This document shows, piece by piece, positions 38,170-52,096 of a stretch of DNA of 64,000 nt. Source of the DNA: Piromyces finnis finn (taxonomy: Eukaryota; Fungi; Neocallimastigomycota); the NCBI GenBank assembly GCA_002104945.1, contig MCFH01000018.1, positions 372,001 through 436,000 of the forward strand. The letters are read 5' to 3'. Both the position numbers and the translations under genes were made by a program. The notes below the pieces were generated by a model. It had not been told where the DNA came from. It made no database searches and saw nothing but the letters and a program-made list of their open reading frames with translations. Each line of letters begins with the position of its first letter. The stretch's first letter is position 1.

Positions 38170-39123
38170 CAAAATATAATTCATATAAATAATTTGTAAC
38201 TTTATGTTATTCTTTTTTTAATATATATTACATAAATATTTCCATCTACATTCTATTAATTTCATTTTATAATATATGAGTTACTTTTTTTTTTCTTCTT
38301 TTTGTACAATATATGTAATGTACCTTTTTTTTTTTTTCTTCCATTCATCTTTATAAATTATTAAATTTTAATATTTCTTTTTTTTTTTTATGAAATATTA
38401 AAAAGAAAGACAAAAAAGTATTTATTTATTTATTTTTTTTAACCGGATAAAAAAAAAAAAGTTTTTTAATTTTATTTTCATAGAAAGATATAATCAAGTT
38501 TTTTTTTTTAATTTTCAATTTTACTATTTATTCTATACTCTTTTTTTTTATATAAAAAAAGAAAAGAAAAATAAACAAAAAAATCATATAACTTAATGAT
38601 ATAAAAACCTTTTATTCTTTTTAATAAAATATTATCATTTTTAAGAATTAAAGTGTTATTATTATTATTATAAATTTCAAAGCATCTTTTCTATTATTAA
38701 TAAAAGAAATAAAAAATCAGAAAAAAAAAAAAAATCAAAAAAATCAAATAAATATTAAATGAATATTATAATAGTATTTATATTCTATTTATTTATTAAA
38801 TAATAAAAAAGGACAATAAATTAATTTAAAATTTAAGAGTAAAACCATTTTCTATTTGATGTATAAAGAATGACTATATCATTGTATGAAAAAAAAAAAA
38901 AAATAAAATAAAATGGTTTATAATATAAATATAACAGGTAAATTATTAAACATTGTGAATTACATAAAAAAAAAAAAAAGGATTGATATAAAAAAATATT
39001 ATCTAATAATCCTTCATTAGCAATCCTTTTAATTTTTTTTTCTTTTAATAAAAATGATTTTGTAATTAACAAATAATAGTACTAAGGATTATGAATTTCT
39101 ATAAAAAAAATATTATTTTAAAT

Positions 39124-39942
39124 TTAAGCTTGCATTTGAGCTTGTTTAGCTTCCTTTATCTTTAATCTCTTCTTTTGTAAGTTTCTGTGCTTATCAGCCT
39201 TCTTCTTGGCCTTTATTTTAGCAGCTCTAGCTTTTCTTCTAGACAAGAATAAATATTTGTTTGGCTTAGATTCACCTTCAGCATTAGTAGAAGCTTCAGC
39301 ACCAGCACCATCATCAACTTGCATGCCAGATTCAACCTTTTCTTTAGCTATATATGGTAATTTTAATGTATTATATAAATAAATAAAAAAATAAATATAT
39401 ATATATTTAAATTTTCCTATTCTTTAAATTTTTTTCAATTATCTTATTTAAATCAAAATATTTATCGTTTTAAAAAGTGTTGAATTGAAATTATATTCCT
39501 AATTATAATTATCTTTTTTTTTATTGTATATATTATTTTAATATTTTGGATTTATTAGTTCTATGATTCTAAATAATAATTTTTTTTTTTAAAAAAAACT
39601 TTGTTGTCATCCATAAATTAATCAGAATTTTGATAAAAATAATTTAAATAATTAAATCTATTTGAATTATTGATTGATTGATTTCACGAAATTTCTAATA
39701 AACTGTATTTTCTTTTTTTAAACCAATTTATTTTATTCCTCGAAGATTGAAATAATTAAATATTTACCAAGTTCTTTCTTTTGTTCAAGTTCTTTTTCCT
39801 TTTCTTCTAATCTTTGCTTGGAAATTTCATGCATTTTCTTAGTGATTTCTTCCAATTGCTTTTTTTGAAGAGGATCATAGATTTCATTTCTTCTTATGGT
39901 TCTGAATCTTCTCTTAGTTTTGGAACGTAATGACTTTGCCAT
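39124..39942 (-). CDS. llph: LLPH/DUF2423-like small basic protein; 2 exons
   Basis: N-terminus MAKSLRSKTKRRFRTIRR matches the LLPH signature MAKSLRSK. Exon 39942-39768 is spliced (G|GTAAA...TAG|CT) in frame to 39347-39124, which has a Lys-rich C-terminus. Confidence 0.75.
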
Positions 39943-41223
39943 TTTGAAATTTAATTTATTTTAAATAAAAATAAACTGATTTACTAAATAGTATTAATTT
40001 TTTTTTTTTTTTTTTTAAATATATAATTTTTTTTTTAAAAAATCTATTTTCATTTTTTTAACAATTTTAACCAATCACGATTCAATTATTATTTAAATTT
40101 ATATTTAATATAATTTACCTAATATTATAAAAATTTTTAAAAGATAAAGAAATAAAGAGATTTAATATTTATTAATATTTATTAATATTTTTTTAATTTT
40201 CAAATAATACTCTATTATTAAACTTTTTAAAAAAAAAACAGTATATATATTTTCTAGTATGTACTTTTTTTTTTTTTAATATATAATAAAAATGAAAATA
40301 TTTGTAGAAGTGAAGTTGAAAACATAAATATTTTCCAATTATTTCATTATTTTCTGTCTTTTTTCATTTTCAAATATAATTTATAATTTAATATACTATT
40401 AATAATACATTAATAATACTTTTTTTTTTTTTTTTCATGCTTATTCTTTATAATTTGGGAATATATTATAACTGTTATTTTACTTGTAAAAAAAAAAAAA
40501 AAAAGGAAAAATGGATAATAATTAATATATGTTTTAATCTTTTTTTATTTATTGTTTAATAGTTAATGTATATTAATAAAAAAAAAAAGATAAAAATAAA
40601 AATAAAAATAAAGCTACATTTCTTAAAGAGTTGTGTTATATTTATCCAAGTTTTTGATATTTTAAAAAATATTAATTTGAAAATTTATTAATAGTTAGTA
40701 TCATTGATTTAAAACAATTATTTTAATTCTATTGATTTAAATTGTGGAAAAAAAAAATCATAGACATTAAATATTATTTTCATTTAAAATATTATTACTG
40801 CTACTACTACTTTTTTTTTTATTTATTTAAATTAATAGTCTTATTTTTAAACAAAAGTTTAAATTCTGTATTTGAAATTTTAACTAAAATTTCAAAAAAA
40901 AAAAAAAAAAAAAAAAACTTTAAAAAATAAGATTTGTATTGAGTTTAAGTAATTGTTAAAAATTTTATTATTTAACTCTATACATTTAAACAAAATTTAA
41001 GTATAAAGTAAAGTAAAAATAAAAATAATAATAATAATAATAGTTTTATCTATTTCTAAAAGATAGTACAATAAATTAGAAAGATATAAAGATTATTATT
41101 ATTTTTTTTGTAAATAAAATAATTTTGTTTTACTTCCATTATTATAATAATATACCCATTTTAATTGACGAAATTTTAATAATTTTTTTTCTATATTGTC
41201 ATTATATTTATAATATTGAAAAC

Positions 41224-41258
<35 letters not shown>

Positions 41259-41421
41259 ATTATTATTATTATGATTATTATTACTAAAGAAAAAGATATA
41301 TTATATATATAAAACAAAATATTAATTTTGAAGTAAATTAGATAATATTAACAACCAACAAAAACATATAATAATTCACATCAACAGTAACAATATAATA
41401 TAAAAACGATAATTATAAACA

Positions 41422-43541
41422 ATGCTTTCATTAAATACTTCTGACCATTCAAAAGATCAAAAGAAGAAGAAAAAGACACTATTTCCACCGATAGATAATA
41501 GCAATTTTGTATCTATTATCAATAATAGAAATTCCGAAAGTTATTCTTCTGAAGGTGGAAAAACAAAGATTAATGATAAAAATGAAAAAAAAAAAGGTAA
41601 TAATAATTCTCGAGATAATACTACAACAACGATGAATGGGAAATTAACAAAAGAAGGAAGTAAATATAGTTTTCAAAAGAAGAATAGTAGTCTTAGCAAT
41701 CATACTTACAATGAAAATAATAAAAATATATCTATATCGCTAGATCATCAATCAAGTAAAACATCCTTAAGTCTTGATAAAAAAATCGCACATGAAATTA
41801 AAGCAAATGGTAAAAAGTTGAAAAAAGGTGTTAGTGAATCAAATAGTAATAATAAAGTTAGTAAAGAGAAACAAAATTTAAATACAACAACAACTATTAC
41901 AACTACGACTACGACTACATCTAATCTCAATTCCTCTACGACTGGAAATACCATTAGTAATAATACTAATGCTAATAAATTAACTGACAATAAAAAGAAA
42001 TCATTAATAAAACATAATAGGCATGATTCTGAAAGTTCAGAACTTTTGTTATCAACTACAGATGTCAATAAAAAGAATAATAAAAGAAAAACAAGTAAAT
42101 CTATCTTTAATACTATTTCATCATTTTTTAAAATATATATTAATATATTAAATTTTTTTTTTATTATTAATATAATATTTACTATTATTATTAATTCAAT
42201 AAAAAAAAAAAAGATTCAAGAGAAAAAGAAAAGGATGGATGTATAACTTTTAACATGATATGTCGTAGAAATATATTAAATTGGGAATTATTTAATACAG
42301 ACCAACTGTAATAACCGGAAAACTTTTTTTTTTTTTTTTTTTTTTTTGCATATTAAATTAAATAATCTGAAAATAAATAATTTGATTATATTTATATATG
42401 TTGTTGAGTAAAACTAATTTTATCATTATATATTTTCAATAATATATATATATATATATATATTCTTTTTTAAAAAAATAAAAGACATACAATGTTAGAA
42501 CAAGTATCGTATTTAAGACTAAGTGGAGAAAAAATTAGATATATATCTAATTTATCAGAATTTGTTACAATAAAAAGTCTTTATTTAAATGATGTAAGAA
42601 TTTCTATAATTAAAATATTTTTTAAATATACGTTACAATGAACTTTTCAATTAAATATCAATATTAAACCATCATAATTATTTTATACTTTTAATATGTA
42701 TTATTTTTTGATAATTACCTTTTTTTTTATTATTATTTTTTAATTTCTTTTTTTTTTTTTTTCTCCTTAAAAAAAAAAAAAAAAGAATTTAATTGAAAAA
42801 ATAGAAAATATAAATCATCTCAAGAAACTTAGATTCTTATCTTTAACAAATAATAAAATCAAATCTATTGATAAAGGTGCTATATCAGGATTAAATCAAT
42901 TATTACTTTTAGATTTATCCCAAAATAATATTGAATACATTAATCCAAGTATGAATTTTTTTTTCCATAATATTTATACATATTTATATTTTTCTATTAT
43001 TAGAAATTCACATTATCATTTATAATGGTGTTTTTTAAATTATTTTAATTTAAATTCTAAATAAAAAATTTTTTTTTTACTATAACCTAGGTGAAGTATT
43101 ACCAAAATCAATTCAATATCTCTTTTTAATGGATAATCCTTTAATTGAATTACAACCTTCTTATAAAGAAATGTGTATTGAAAGTCTACCAGAATTAATA
43201 GAAATAAATGGTGAAGATATTGATATTGATGAAAGGTACATATTATCATTTTAAATAACTAATAAAAGAAATAAAGACATTTTGTGTTTCTATTGTATTT
43301 TTATGATTATTATATCTCTAAACATTATTATTACTAACTTCTTATATATTTATACACAAATTTGTAATTATAAAGTGATAAGTCAGACGAGTCAGACGAT
43401 TATGATGACAGTGATGATAATGATGATGAAGAGGAAGAAGATGATGAAAATGGAGATGACTTTAATGAAAAAAAAGTAGAAAAAGAGGAAAAAGAAGAAA
43501 ACAATAATAATAAAAATGAGGATGAAAAACCAATAAAATAA
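41422..43541 (+). CDS. lrrc46: LRRC46-like leucine-rich-repeat protein with long low-complexity N-terminus and acidic tail; multi-exon
   Basis: Exon ~42213-42306 reads DGCITFNMICRRNI (cf. LRRC46 CITEALITKRNL). SDS22-type LRRs follow: YLRLSGEKIRYISNL, NLIEKIENINHLKKLRFLSLTNNKI, LLDLSQNNIEYINP..LPKSIQYLFLMDNP. An LRRcap-like YKEMCIESLPELIEINGEDI is present. The last exon is acidic and ends at TAA 43539-43541. Confidence 0.7.
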
Positions 43542-43678
43542 AAAAAAAAAAAAAATACTTATCACATCCATCTAATAATTACTATTTTTATTAATATATT
43601 AATCATTATTTACACAAAATAATTATGATTTTATTGTAATTATTAAAATTTGTATACATATTGAAATAATACAAGAGA

Positions 43679-43714
<36 letters not shown>

Positions 43715-44307
43715 GATGTAAAATAGTAATATACATACATAACTATACAATAGATTTATTTATTTTTAAAAAAAAGTAAAATATATATAAATAAATATAT
43801 AATTATACAATATATCATAGTATTTTTTATTTATGTATTTAATTTTTTTATATTTTAATTAATACTTTTATGATTTATAAAAAAATCAAAACTTTTCAAA
43901 AATGTTCTTTTTTTTTTTTTTTAATTTTCATTTCATTTTTAAAATTTTATTAATAATGATATAATGAATAAAAAAAAATTTTTTTTCCCATATCTATAAA
44001 ATTTGAAAAGGCATTGCTAATGAGAAGTAAAGCGCAATTATTTTATTTTTTTTTTTTAAAATAAGTTTTTGATTAAGAAACATGATAGTATGATAAAAAT
44101 TGATTCTATTTATAAATAATACAAAAGAAATAAAATTTTGTTGAATTGAATAAAATCATAATTTTTGAAAATATAGGATATATTTAATAAGTTCTTTTCA
44201 CTCTTTCATTTTTTTTTTTTTTTAGATAGTAATTTGTATCATTTATATCAAGTAAGAAAAATATAGGTACAAAGCAGTAAAAAAAAAAAAAAATGTATGA
44301 AAATAAT

Positions 44308-45976
44308 TTAAGAAAATATTGCAGAAGGATGAAGTATTAATTCAATAATTTTAACCTCAATAATAGTATCCGGTTTATTATTGTTTAAATTGTAATTTCT
44401 TGGGTTTGGGCTCATATTATCATAGGTAACAAGATTTGGATTATAATAATCCATAATTAAATTACTATAATTTCCTTGAGGATTCTTTGATGAAACAACA
44501 TCAAAACTTTTATTTATTTCTCCAATAAAATCCTTTATTGACATTTTACAATTACCTTCAATACTTGAAGATTTATATTTATTTCTAATATAATCATCAT
44601 CTTTATTTCTATTAGAGTTATTGTAGGATTGCTGACGTGAAGGATTGGAAGTATTATTTATAGAAGCGTTTTCTTCAATATTAACTAATTCATATTTTAA
44701 TTTTGCCATTCCCTTTCCAATAGATATTTCATAAATATCAACTTTTTCATTTTCATTGGTTTTACATTTTTCTATGTTTGTAAAGTCATTATTATACTTG
44801 TATTCATAACTTTTTATCCTTTGATATTGAGGGTCATTAGTGTACATTGATGAACGATAATTATTACCTCTACTATTATTATTATAATTATTTTCACCAT
44901 AAGAATAATTATTATAGGAATTATATGAAATAGAGTTGTAATTTCTTTCACAACGATTATTACTTCTAGATGATGGAAGTGTTGTGTAAGAGGTAGAATT
45001 ATTATAATAGCTTCTACTATGCGAATAAGATGAATTATAATAATTTATTTGATTAAAATTATAATTATAACAGGATTCGTAGTAACAACTTTTATTACTA
45101 TAGAGACCATTTTCTATCTTTGGAAGGTCATACATAGAACTAACATTTCCTAATTCAGCTATTTCTTTGTCAACATTGTATGGTGAACAGAACCAACAGT
45201 AAATTGTTGGAGGTTTTTCGGCATAATATTTTAAATTATTTTTAGTTTCGTAATTTTGTATGGAATGTGTATTATTTTTATTATTACTGTTATTGTTATT
45301 TGATTCTTGTTGACACCATGGTACAAATCCAACCGATCTTGATACCCATTGTCCTAAAATAATTGGTTGCGGTTGCTTAATATGAATTAAATAGTCATCA
45401 AATGAAAAATTTACACCACTACTACTAAATGGTATGCTGTAGTGTCGTAATGATTTTCATATAAGATTCAAATAAAGTAAAATAAATATATATAAATGAA
45501 AATTAATTTTTATGTATTTATTACAAAAAGTTTAAATTAATAAAATCATATTAAATCATATTTACCATGTAATAAAAGGTTCTGAAGATGGTTGTAAAAA
45601 GTCACCATAAAATCTATATATAATAAATAACAATAATACCATTAATATTTTATTATTATTTCAATATTAATTATATTTTCTTTTTTTTTTTTTTTTTTTT
45701 TTTATTTATTATCATTTTTAATATTTTTTTCTTATTTATTTATATATTATTATTATTATTGTAATTATTATTATTTTTTTTGTTTATTTCTTACCTACAA
45801 ACGTCCAAAGGTTTCTTTTTAAGTCTTGATACTAAAATATTAATAGTTAGATAACTCCAATATCGACTAGTAGAACACGTTTTCCATAATTCTTTTGCTG
45901 AAAATTCATTAAAAATTATTTTCCAAACTTCTAGTGGTAAACGTGTTATAATTGAATTTTCTTTTATTTCTGACAT
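44308..45976 (-). CDS. F-box protein with N/Y/S-rich low-complexity region; 3 exons
   Basis: N-terminal ITRLPLEVWKIIFNEFSAKELWKTCSTSRYW is an F-box motif. A donor (GTAAG ~45793) leads to a small exon at ~45565-45610 and then a large exon from ~45458 that is continuous with the 44308..45135 ORF. Confidence 0.8.
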
Positions 45977-47874
45977 TTAAATTTAACTTTTTTTTTTTGG
46001 TTTCTTTGAAAAAAAAATATTTAAACTAAAATAAAAGTAAATTCCTTCTTATATAATTAAGATCTATAGTTTTATATAAATATTATTATTATTGTTGTTG
46101 TTGTTGTCAATTAACTATTATTTAATACTATAATAATTTGTTAAAAATTGTAATGAATTTAAAGTAAAATTAATGATTTTATTTTATTTAAAATGAATTA
46201 TTATCTCGAATTTTAACACATATAAACAAGGATGACGTTAATATGATGATAGTATCATTATATCTAATTGATTTTTTTTTTTAAAAAAAAAAAAAGGTAA
46301 AAATATTACTTTAGTAAAATGTAGGATTAAATTTCAAATTGAATTAATATTGAAATGTCATTGATAACATTTGAATTAATTTTTAATGTTTTTCTTTTTT
46401 ACATATTCTATTTATTTATTCCTATTTAATATACAATAACGAATTATAGCATCAGCCTTATATTACCTCATGATTCCTTTTTCTCTACTAAAGGAATGGA
46501 ATTTCAAAAAAAGTTTACTATTAAGAAAAAAAAAAAAAAAAAAAAAAAAAAAGAAAATTTTTTAAAAATAAAAAAAAAATTAATATTTTTTTGTGTAATT
46601 CAAAACTTTAATAATTAAAATTTATGATTGAGGAAATTGGTTGCATAAAAATTATATTTTTCCATATAATAGATAATATATTATAATAAATTAAGAATAT
46701 ATACCTATTTTGGAAAAAATCATTTCTAATATATTATTATTATAAATATTCTATATAATACATTACATCCCTTGAATTGATTTTTCATTTATTATATCAT
46801 ATATTAATTTTTATAAAATATATAACTAATAATGATTAGTAATATACTAATTTTTATTTAATATACACAAAAAGAATAAAAACCAAACTTTAATTTATAA
46901 TAAATTATGATTCTTTTGATGATGGACTTATTTTATTTTAACATTACACAAAATGTATTTTTATCCAATAATATTTAGGAAATGCATTTAAAGTTTTAAA
47001 AAATTTAAAATAATATAAATTTTAATTTTTATAGGGAAAATATTGAAATCAGTAAAAATTAATTATGTATTAAATTTCATAATTCTTTTATAAGCTTTTG
47101 GTTTGGTTTTACTCTTTTTTTTAAAAGAAAAGGAAAAAGTTAATGTAAAAATGAATGTAACCTTCTAATTATTATAATATAATGAAAACTAAAAAAAATT
47201 TTTAATAGACTATTATATACTATTTCAAAGTGATTTATTTCTATAGATTATTAGATTTATTAAGAAAAACTAATTCAATTGATATTACATCGATTATAGA
47301 AATAAAAATTAGAAAATAGAAACAGAAACTAAATAAAGGATATCATAATTTTTTTTTTCTTATTATTTCTCTTTTCTTTTCTCTATAAATTACAAATTAT
47401 TTTAAACTGAAAAAAATACTATTAGGATTGTTTAATAGTATTACTTTTAGTTTAATATATAAAATTCAATAAACAAAAAAAAAAACATTTTAATAAAAAA
47501 GAGGTTTTATGTAAACTGTTTTATTAACTTTTTTTTTGTAAGTATGTTATTTATATATTTATTAAAATTTAATTATTATTATAAAAAAATTATAATTATT
47601 ATTATTATACTTAATAAAAAAAAATAATCTTTTAATATTTCATAATATTTATATTATATAATATGATAAAAAATATTTTTTTTTTCTTTTCTACAGTTCT
47701 TTTTTTTTTTTTTTTATAAAAAAAAATTATATCTTTTTTATAAAAAAAAAAAAAAATACATATCTAACAAGATTAACTATATTATTATTATATGTTTAAC
47801 TTTTTATGTATATTTATATTTTTGTTTAATTCTATATTATCTATAATTATATATATTTTTGGTAATTAATGAAA

Positions 47875-47905
<31 letters not shown>

Positions 47906-48430
47906 TATGTTATTAATATTAAAAATCAAATCAATTTAATTTATAATATCTTTTCTTTTATTTTCTTCTTCTAATTTATAATATTGGCTTTTGGTTATTA
48001 ATATATATTTTTTTTTCTTTTTCTATATTTTAGCCATTGATAATATTTATATAATAAAATAGAGCTATTTTTTTTTTTTTTTTTTTTTTTTTTGTGAATA
48101 GCTGTTATTCTTATATAATAATTATTTTTGTATTATTATTTGATTTTAATTATTATTATTATTATTATTTTTTTTTTTTTTCATTTCTGTACATATTTTT
48201 TTTTTATCATTGTTTTTATATTTATAATTTTTACAGTGTATTGCTTTTATTATTTCGTAAATTATTTAATTTGAATATTTGTAGTTTCTGATAGTTTTTT
48301 TTTTTTTTTTTTTTTTGTTCTGAATTTTGTTTTTGTTATTTATTCAATAAGATGGAGGGGAATTTTAATTTTTTTTTTTTTTTTTTTTGACTTATAATAT
48401 CTTTTTTTTTTTTCCATATATTTAAATTAA

Positions 48431-48462
<32 letters not shown>

Positions 48463-49147
48463 GTTCCTTTCCATTAACTACTTCCTAATATTATATTTTT
48501 ACCTCTATTGGATCAAAATTAATTATTTAATCTCAATGATTATTTACATTTTTTTTTACAATTCAAATTAAAGGATAGATCAATTAAAATACATATTAAT
48601 TATATAAATAATTTATTTTTCTTTTTTAAAATTTTTAAATAAATTATTTTTTATTATTATTATTATTTTAAAAAATAGATATTTATGGAGTCAATAAAAT
48701 TAGTTAAAAAATTGTTTATAAAAGTTGTGGAAATTGATGTGTGAATGATTCATATATTTTATATCGTTGGGGAGTTTATATTTGTGCATTTTTTTTTTAA
48801 TAATTATGAATTGCGTATGTGGATAATATTATTACAAATAAGAGATAATGTATAAAGAAAGGAAAATAGTTAAAAAAAAAATTAAAAAATATAATACATT
48901 TATTAATTTTCTTTTTCTTTATATAGATTAGTTTATATTAAAATGTTAAATCAGTATATATATATATTAATAAGGAAAAGAAAAATAAATAAATAAAAAA
49001 AAATTAAATATATATATATTATATATTAAATTATATAAAAAGATATTATAAGCTTCATATTCTTATTGAATGGATCATTTAGTAATTTCTTTTCTTTCTT
49101 ATTTTAGACATTCAATTTTCATTACTTTTTCTTTAAAATTTTCATCA

Positions 49148-52096
49148 TTACTGTGGCATTGGTGCCATTTTCTTGGGTTTCTTACTTTTAGTGGATTTAG
49201 TAGATTTGGTGGACTTTGTTGATTTCTTTGACATCACAGAACGGTTGTCATCTTCAATATATTCACTGGTACCAGTTTCACTTTCATCTTGAATTGAAAG
49301 TGATTCTAAATCATCAGTTACCTTCTTAGTACTCTTCTTTCCCTTCTTACCCTTCTTACCATTAGCCTTTTTTCCCTTCTTACCTTTCTTTGAAGCGGTA
49401 GAACAATTTGACTTTACAGAATTACTACGTCCTAAACCTGGATTTTGCATAGCAAATTGATCCATAAACATTGGTCTTGCTTGTGGTAACATCATTGGTT
49501 GACCATTTGGACCCATAATCATACTTGGCATTCCTGGCATTCCTGGCATATTTTGCATACCTGGCATACCTGGCATTCCCGGCATTCCAGGTAATGTTGG
49601 CATACCTGGCATTGGAGGCATTCCTGGTATATTTGATAATGGTGGCATTCCTGGCATACCTGGTAAACCTGGCATTGTTGGAAGAACTGGCATGCCATTT
49701 GGTAAAGTTGGTGGTACAATTTGAGAATTTGAAGATACGACAGATTCTGGATGAGAAGGTGCTGGTGAACTTGGTTCTTCGGAAGATTCTTCACTTTTTT
49801 CATCCTTTGCTTTAACTTCACATGGATCTTTCTTTGGTTGAGATGGAATTAAATCAATAAGTTTTGGTTTTTGTTTTTTACTTTTACCTTTACCATTACT
49901 ACCTTTAGAAGAAGCTATACTTGGTGATGGTGGACAAACTGGGGCTGCAGCTGATGGCAAATTTATTGGAGATGGAGCAGCTGGAAGCATCATTGATGAT
50001 CTTGGACTCATTGGATTCATTGGTTTCATTAAAGGATTCATCATTGGACTCATTGGACTCATTGGTGCCATTGGATTAGCCATTGGGTTATTCATTGGTG
50101 GCATTAATGGTGGTGGCATCATAGGTAACATTGAGTTTCTTGGATTAGCACCTAATGGTGGTGGCATCATTGGATTGGCACCTAATGGTGGTATCATTAA
50201 ATTTTCTGAAGCTGCTGGATTAGCACCTGCACCAGCTAATTGCTTTTCTTCTTCTTCTTCTGAATCAGTAAATTCAGATTCTTCATCATCTTCAGAATCA
50301 GAATCAGTATCAGGTATTAATGCCTTCTTTGCTCTCTTACCACCTTTTCTTGATCTTACAGAAGCGACAGGATTTTGTGGGTTTGAACTATCATTGTTAT
50401 TTTCTTCAACTTCTTCATCGTCTTGCTCTTCTTGTTGATCAGTTTGTTCTTCTTCTGATTTTTTTCCTTTAACATTAGCTAAGTTTCTTTCACGAATTGC
50501 CCTTAAAATTTCAGCTGGAGATTTTCCACGCATTTCTTCTGGTCTTAATTGAGTCTTTGGTTCTTCTGGTTCTGATTCATTATTACTTTGATATCTATTA
50601 TAGATTGATGATGATAAATTAGTATTTGTAGTACTACTACTATTACTTTCTGAATTGTACTTTGCTTCAAATCTTGAGAAAAAGTCATTTCCTAAACCAA
50701 AATCATTCTTTGGTGAAGTACTTTCATTTCTAGAGCTATATGAACTATAGTCATTTCTTGATGTACTATAATCATTTCTAGAAGAAGTACTATAATCGTT
50801 TCTTGAATTATCACCCAAGGTATACTTTGGTTTAGATACATAGTTGGATTCATATTTTTCATTAGAGAATAATTCGCTTTGGCCTAAAAGTATTCTTGCA
50901 ATATCATTTGTTGTAACACGATCACTATCCCTATTGACATTTCTTTCATTATTAGCATTATTGGTATTATTATCATTATTTGAAGCAGAACCTAATTTAT
51001 ATACTCTTTTTCCACCATAAGATGACTCATTATTAGTATTATATGATGATGAACTATAAGAAGTAGAGTTATTATATGACGTATTATTATTGTTATTGGA
51101 TGACTGTGTATCATTCAATACATATTTATTTCTTTGAGTCATTGAATTATTATTAGTGGAAGATGATGTGTCTATAACACCGGTATCATGTAAAGTAGTA
51201 AATGATTGCATAATATCATCAAAAAGTGAAGAAGAACCACCAATTGGTTTAGAAACTTCTGTAGATTCTTCTTTATTACCACCAAACATAAATGATTGAA
51301 TATCGATACTACTTGATTGTAGTTGTAATGAATCAGGTTCCTTTGGTTTTTCATTTAAATTTATATTCATAGTAGAATTATCTTGTCTTTCTGATCTGTG
51401 ATGATGATGATGATGGTGTCTGTGATGGTGTTTATGATGATGTCTGTTACTACTTTTAGTACTGGTAGCAATAGAAACTCTATCATCTTCATTCCTTATA
51501 ATATTTTGTTTTTGTTGAATATTTTTTATTATTGGTTCATCATCACTACTTTCATCTTCTTCATCGATAGTATTATCAATTTCATCTGTTATTGGTGAAG
51601 TTTCTATAGTTGAAGGATTAGTTACATGTAATTTTTGAGGTTGTGGTTGAATTATTTGAGGTGCTATATTTTGTTGGGCTTGTTGGGCTTGTTGTAATTC
51701 TTTTTCTTGTTGAGCTCTAAATTCAGCTTCTCTTCTAGCTTTAGCAGCTGCAATAGCTTGAATTTCTTCTTCAGTTTGTGGACGTCTAACCTTGAAACTT
51801 CTTTCCACAGGTTTTTCTGGTTCTACAATAACTGGTTTCTTATTCTTTTTCTTAAAAATCTTTAACCTATAGAATTTTAATATATTATTATTACAAAAAA
51901 GTTTTTAAATATTAACAACATAAACATTTCAAATAGTTTTATTTATTATTTCAATTATTTTTAGTATATAAATATTCATTCTATTATTCAAGGTTAGTAA
52001 TATTTTTTTTTTAATTCATTATAAACTTGTATAGATATTTATATTTTAATTTCTTATTTAGAATATATTTATATATATTAAAAAAAAATCTTACAT
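49148..52096 (-). CDS. Low-complexity protein of unknown function (His-rich patch, acidic tracts, Pro/Met-rich MPG repeats, Lys-rich C-terminus)
   Basis: The 886-aa ORF starts at an internal GTG and its frame is open upstream to an acceptor TAG at 51867-51868. An upstream AT|GTAAG donor at 52095/52094 supplies the ATG across a 228-nt intron. Confidence 0.8.

Noticed and set aside
38833-39072. Short I/Y/F-rich ORFs in spacers (38833, 40742, 41099, 48094, 53788, 58774)
   Set aside because: Composition-driven open frames in poly-A/T and (AAT)n DNA, with no motif support.
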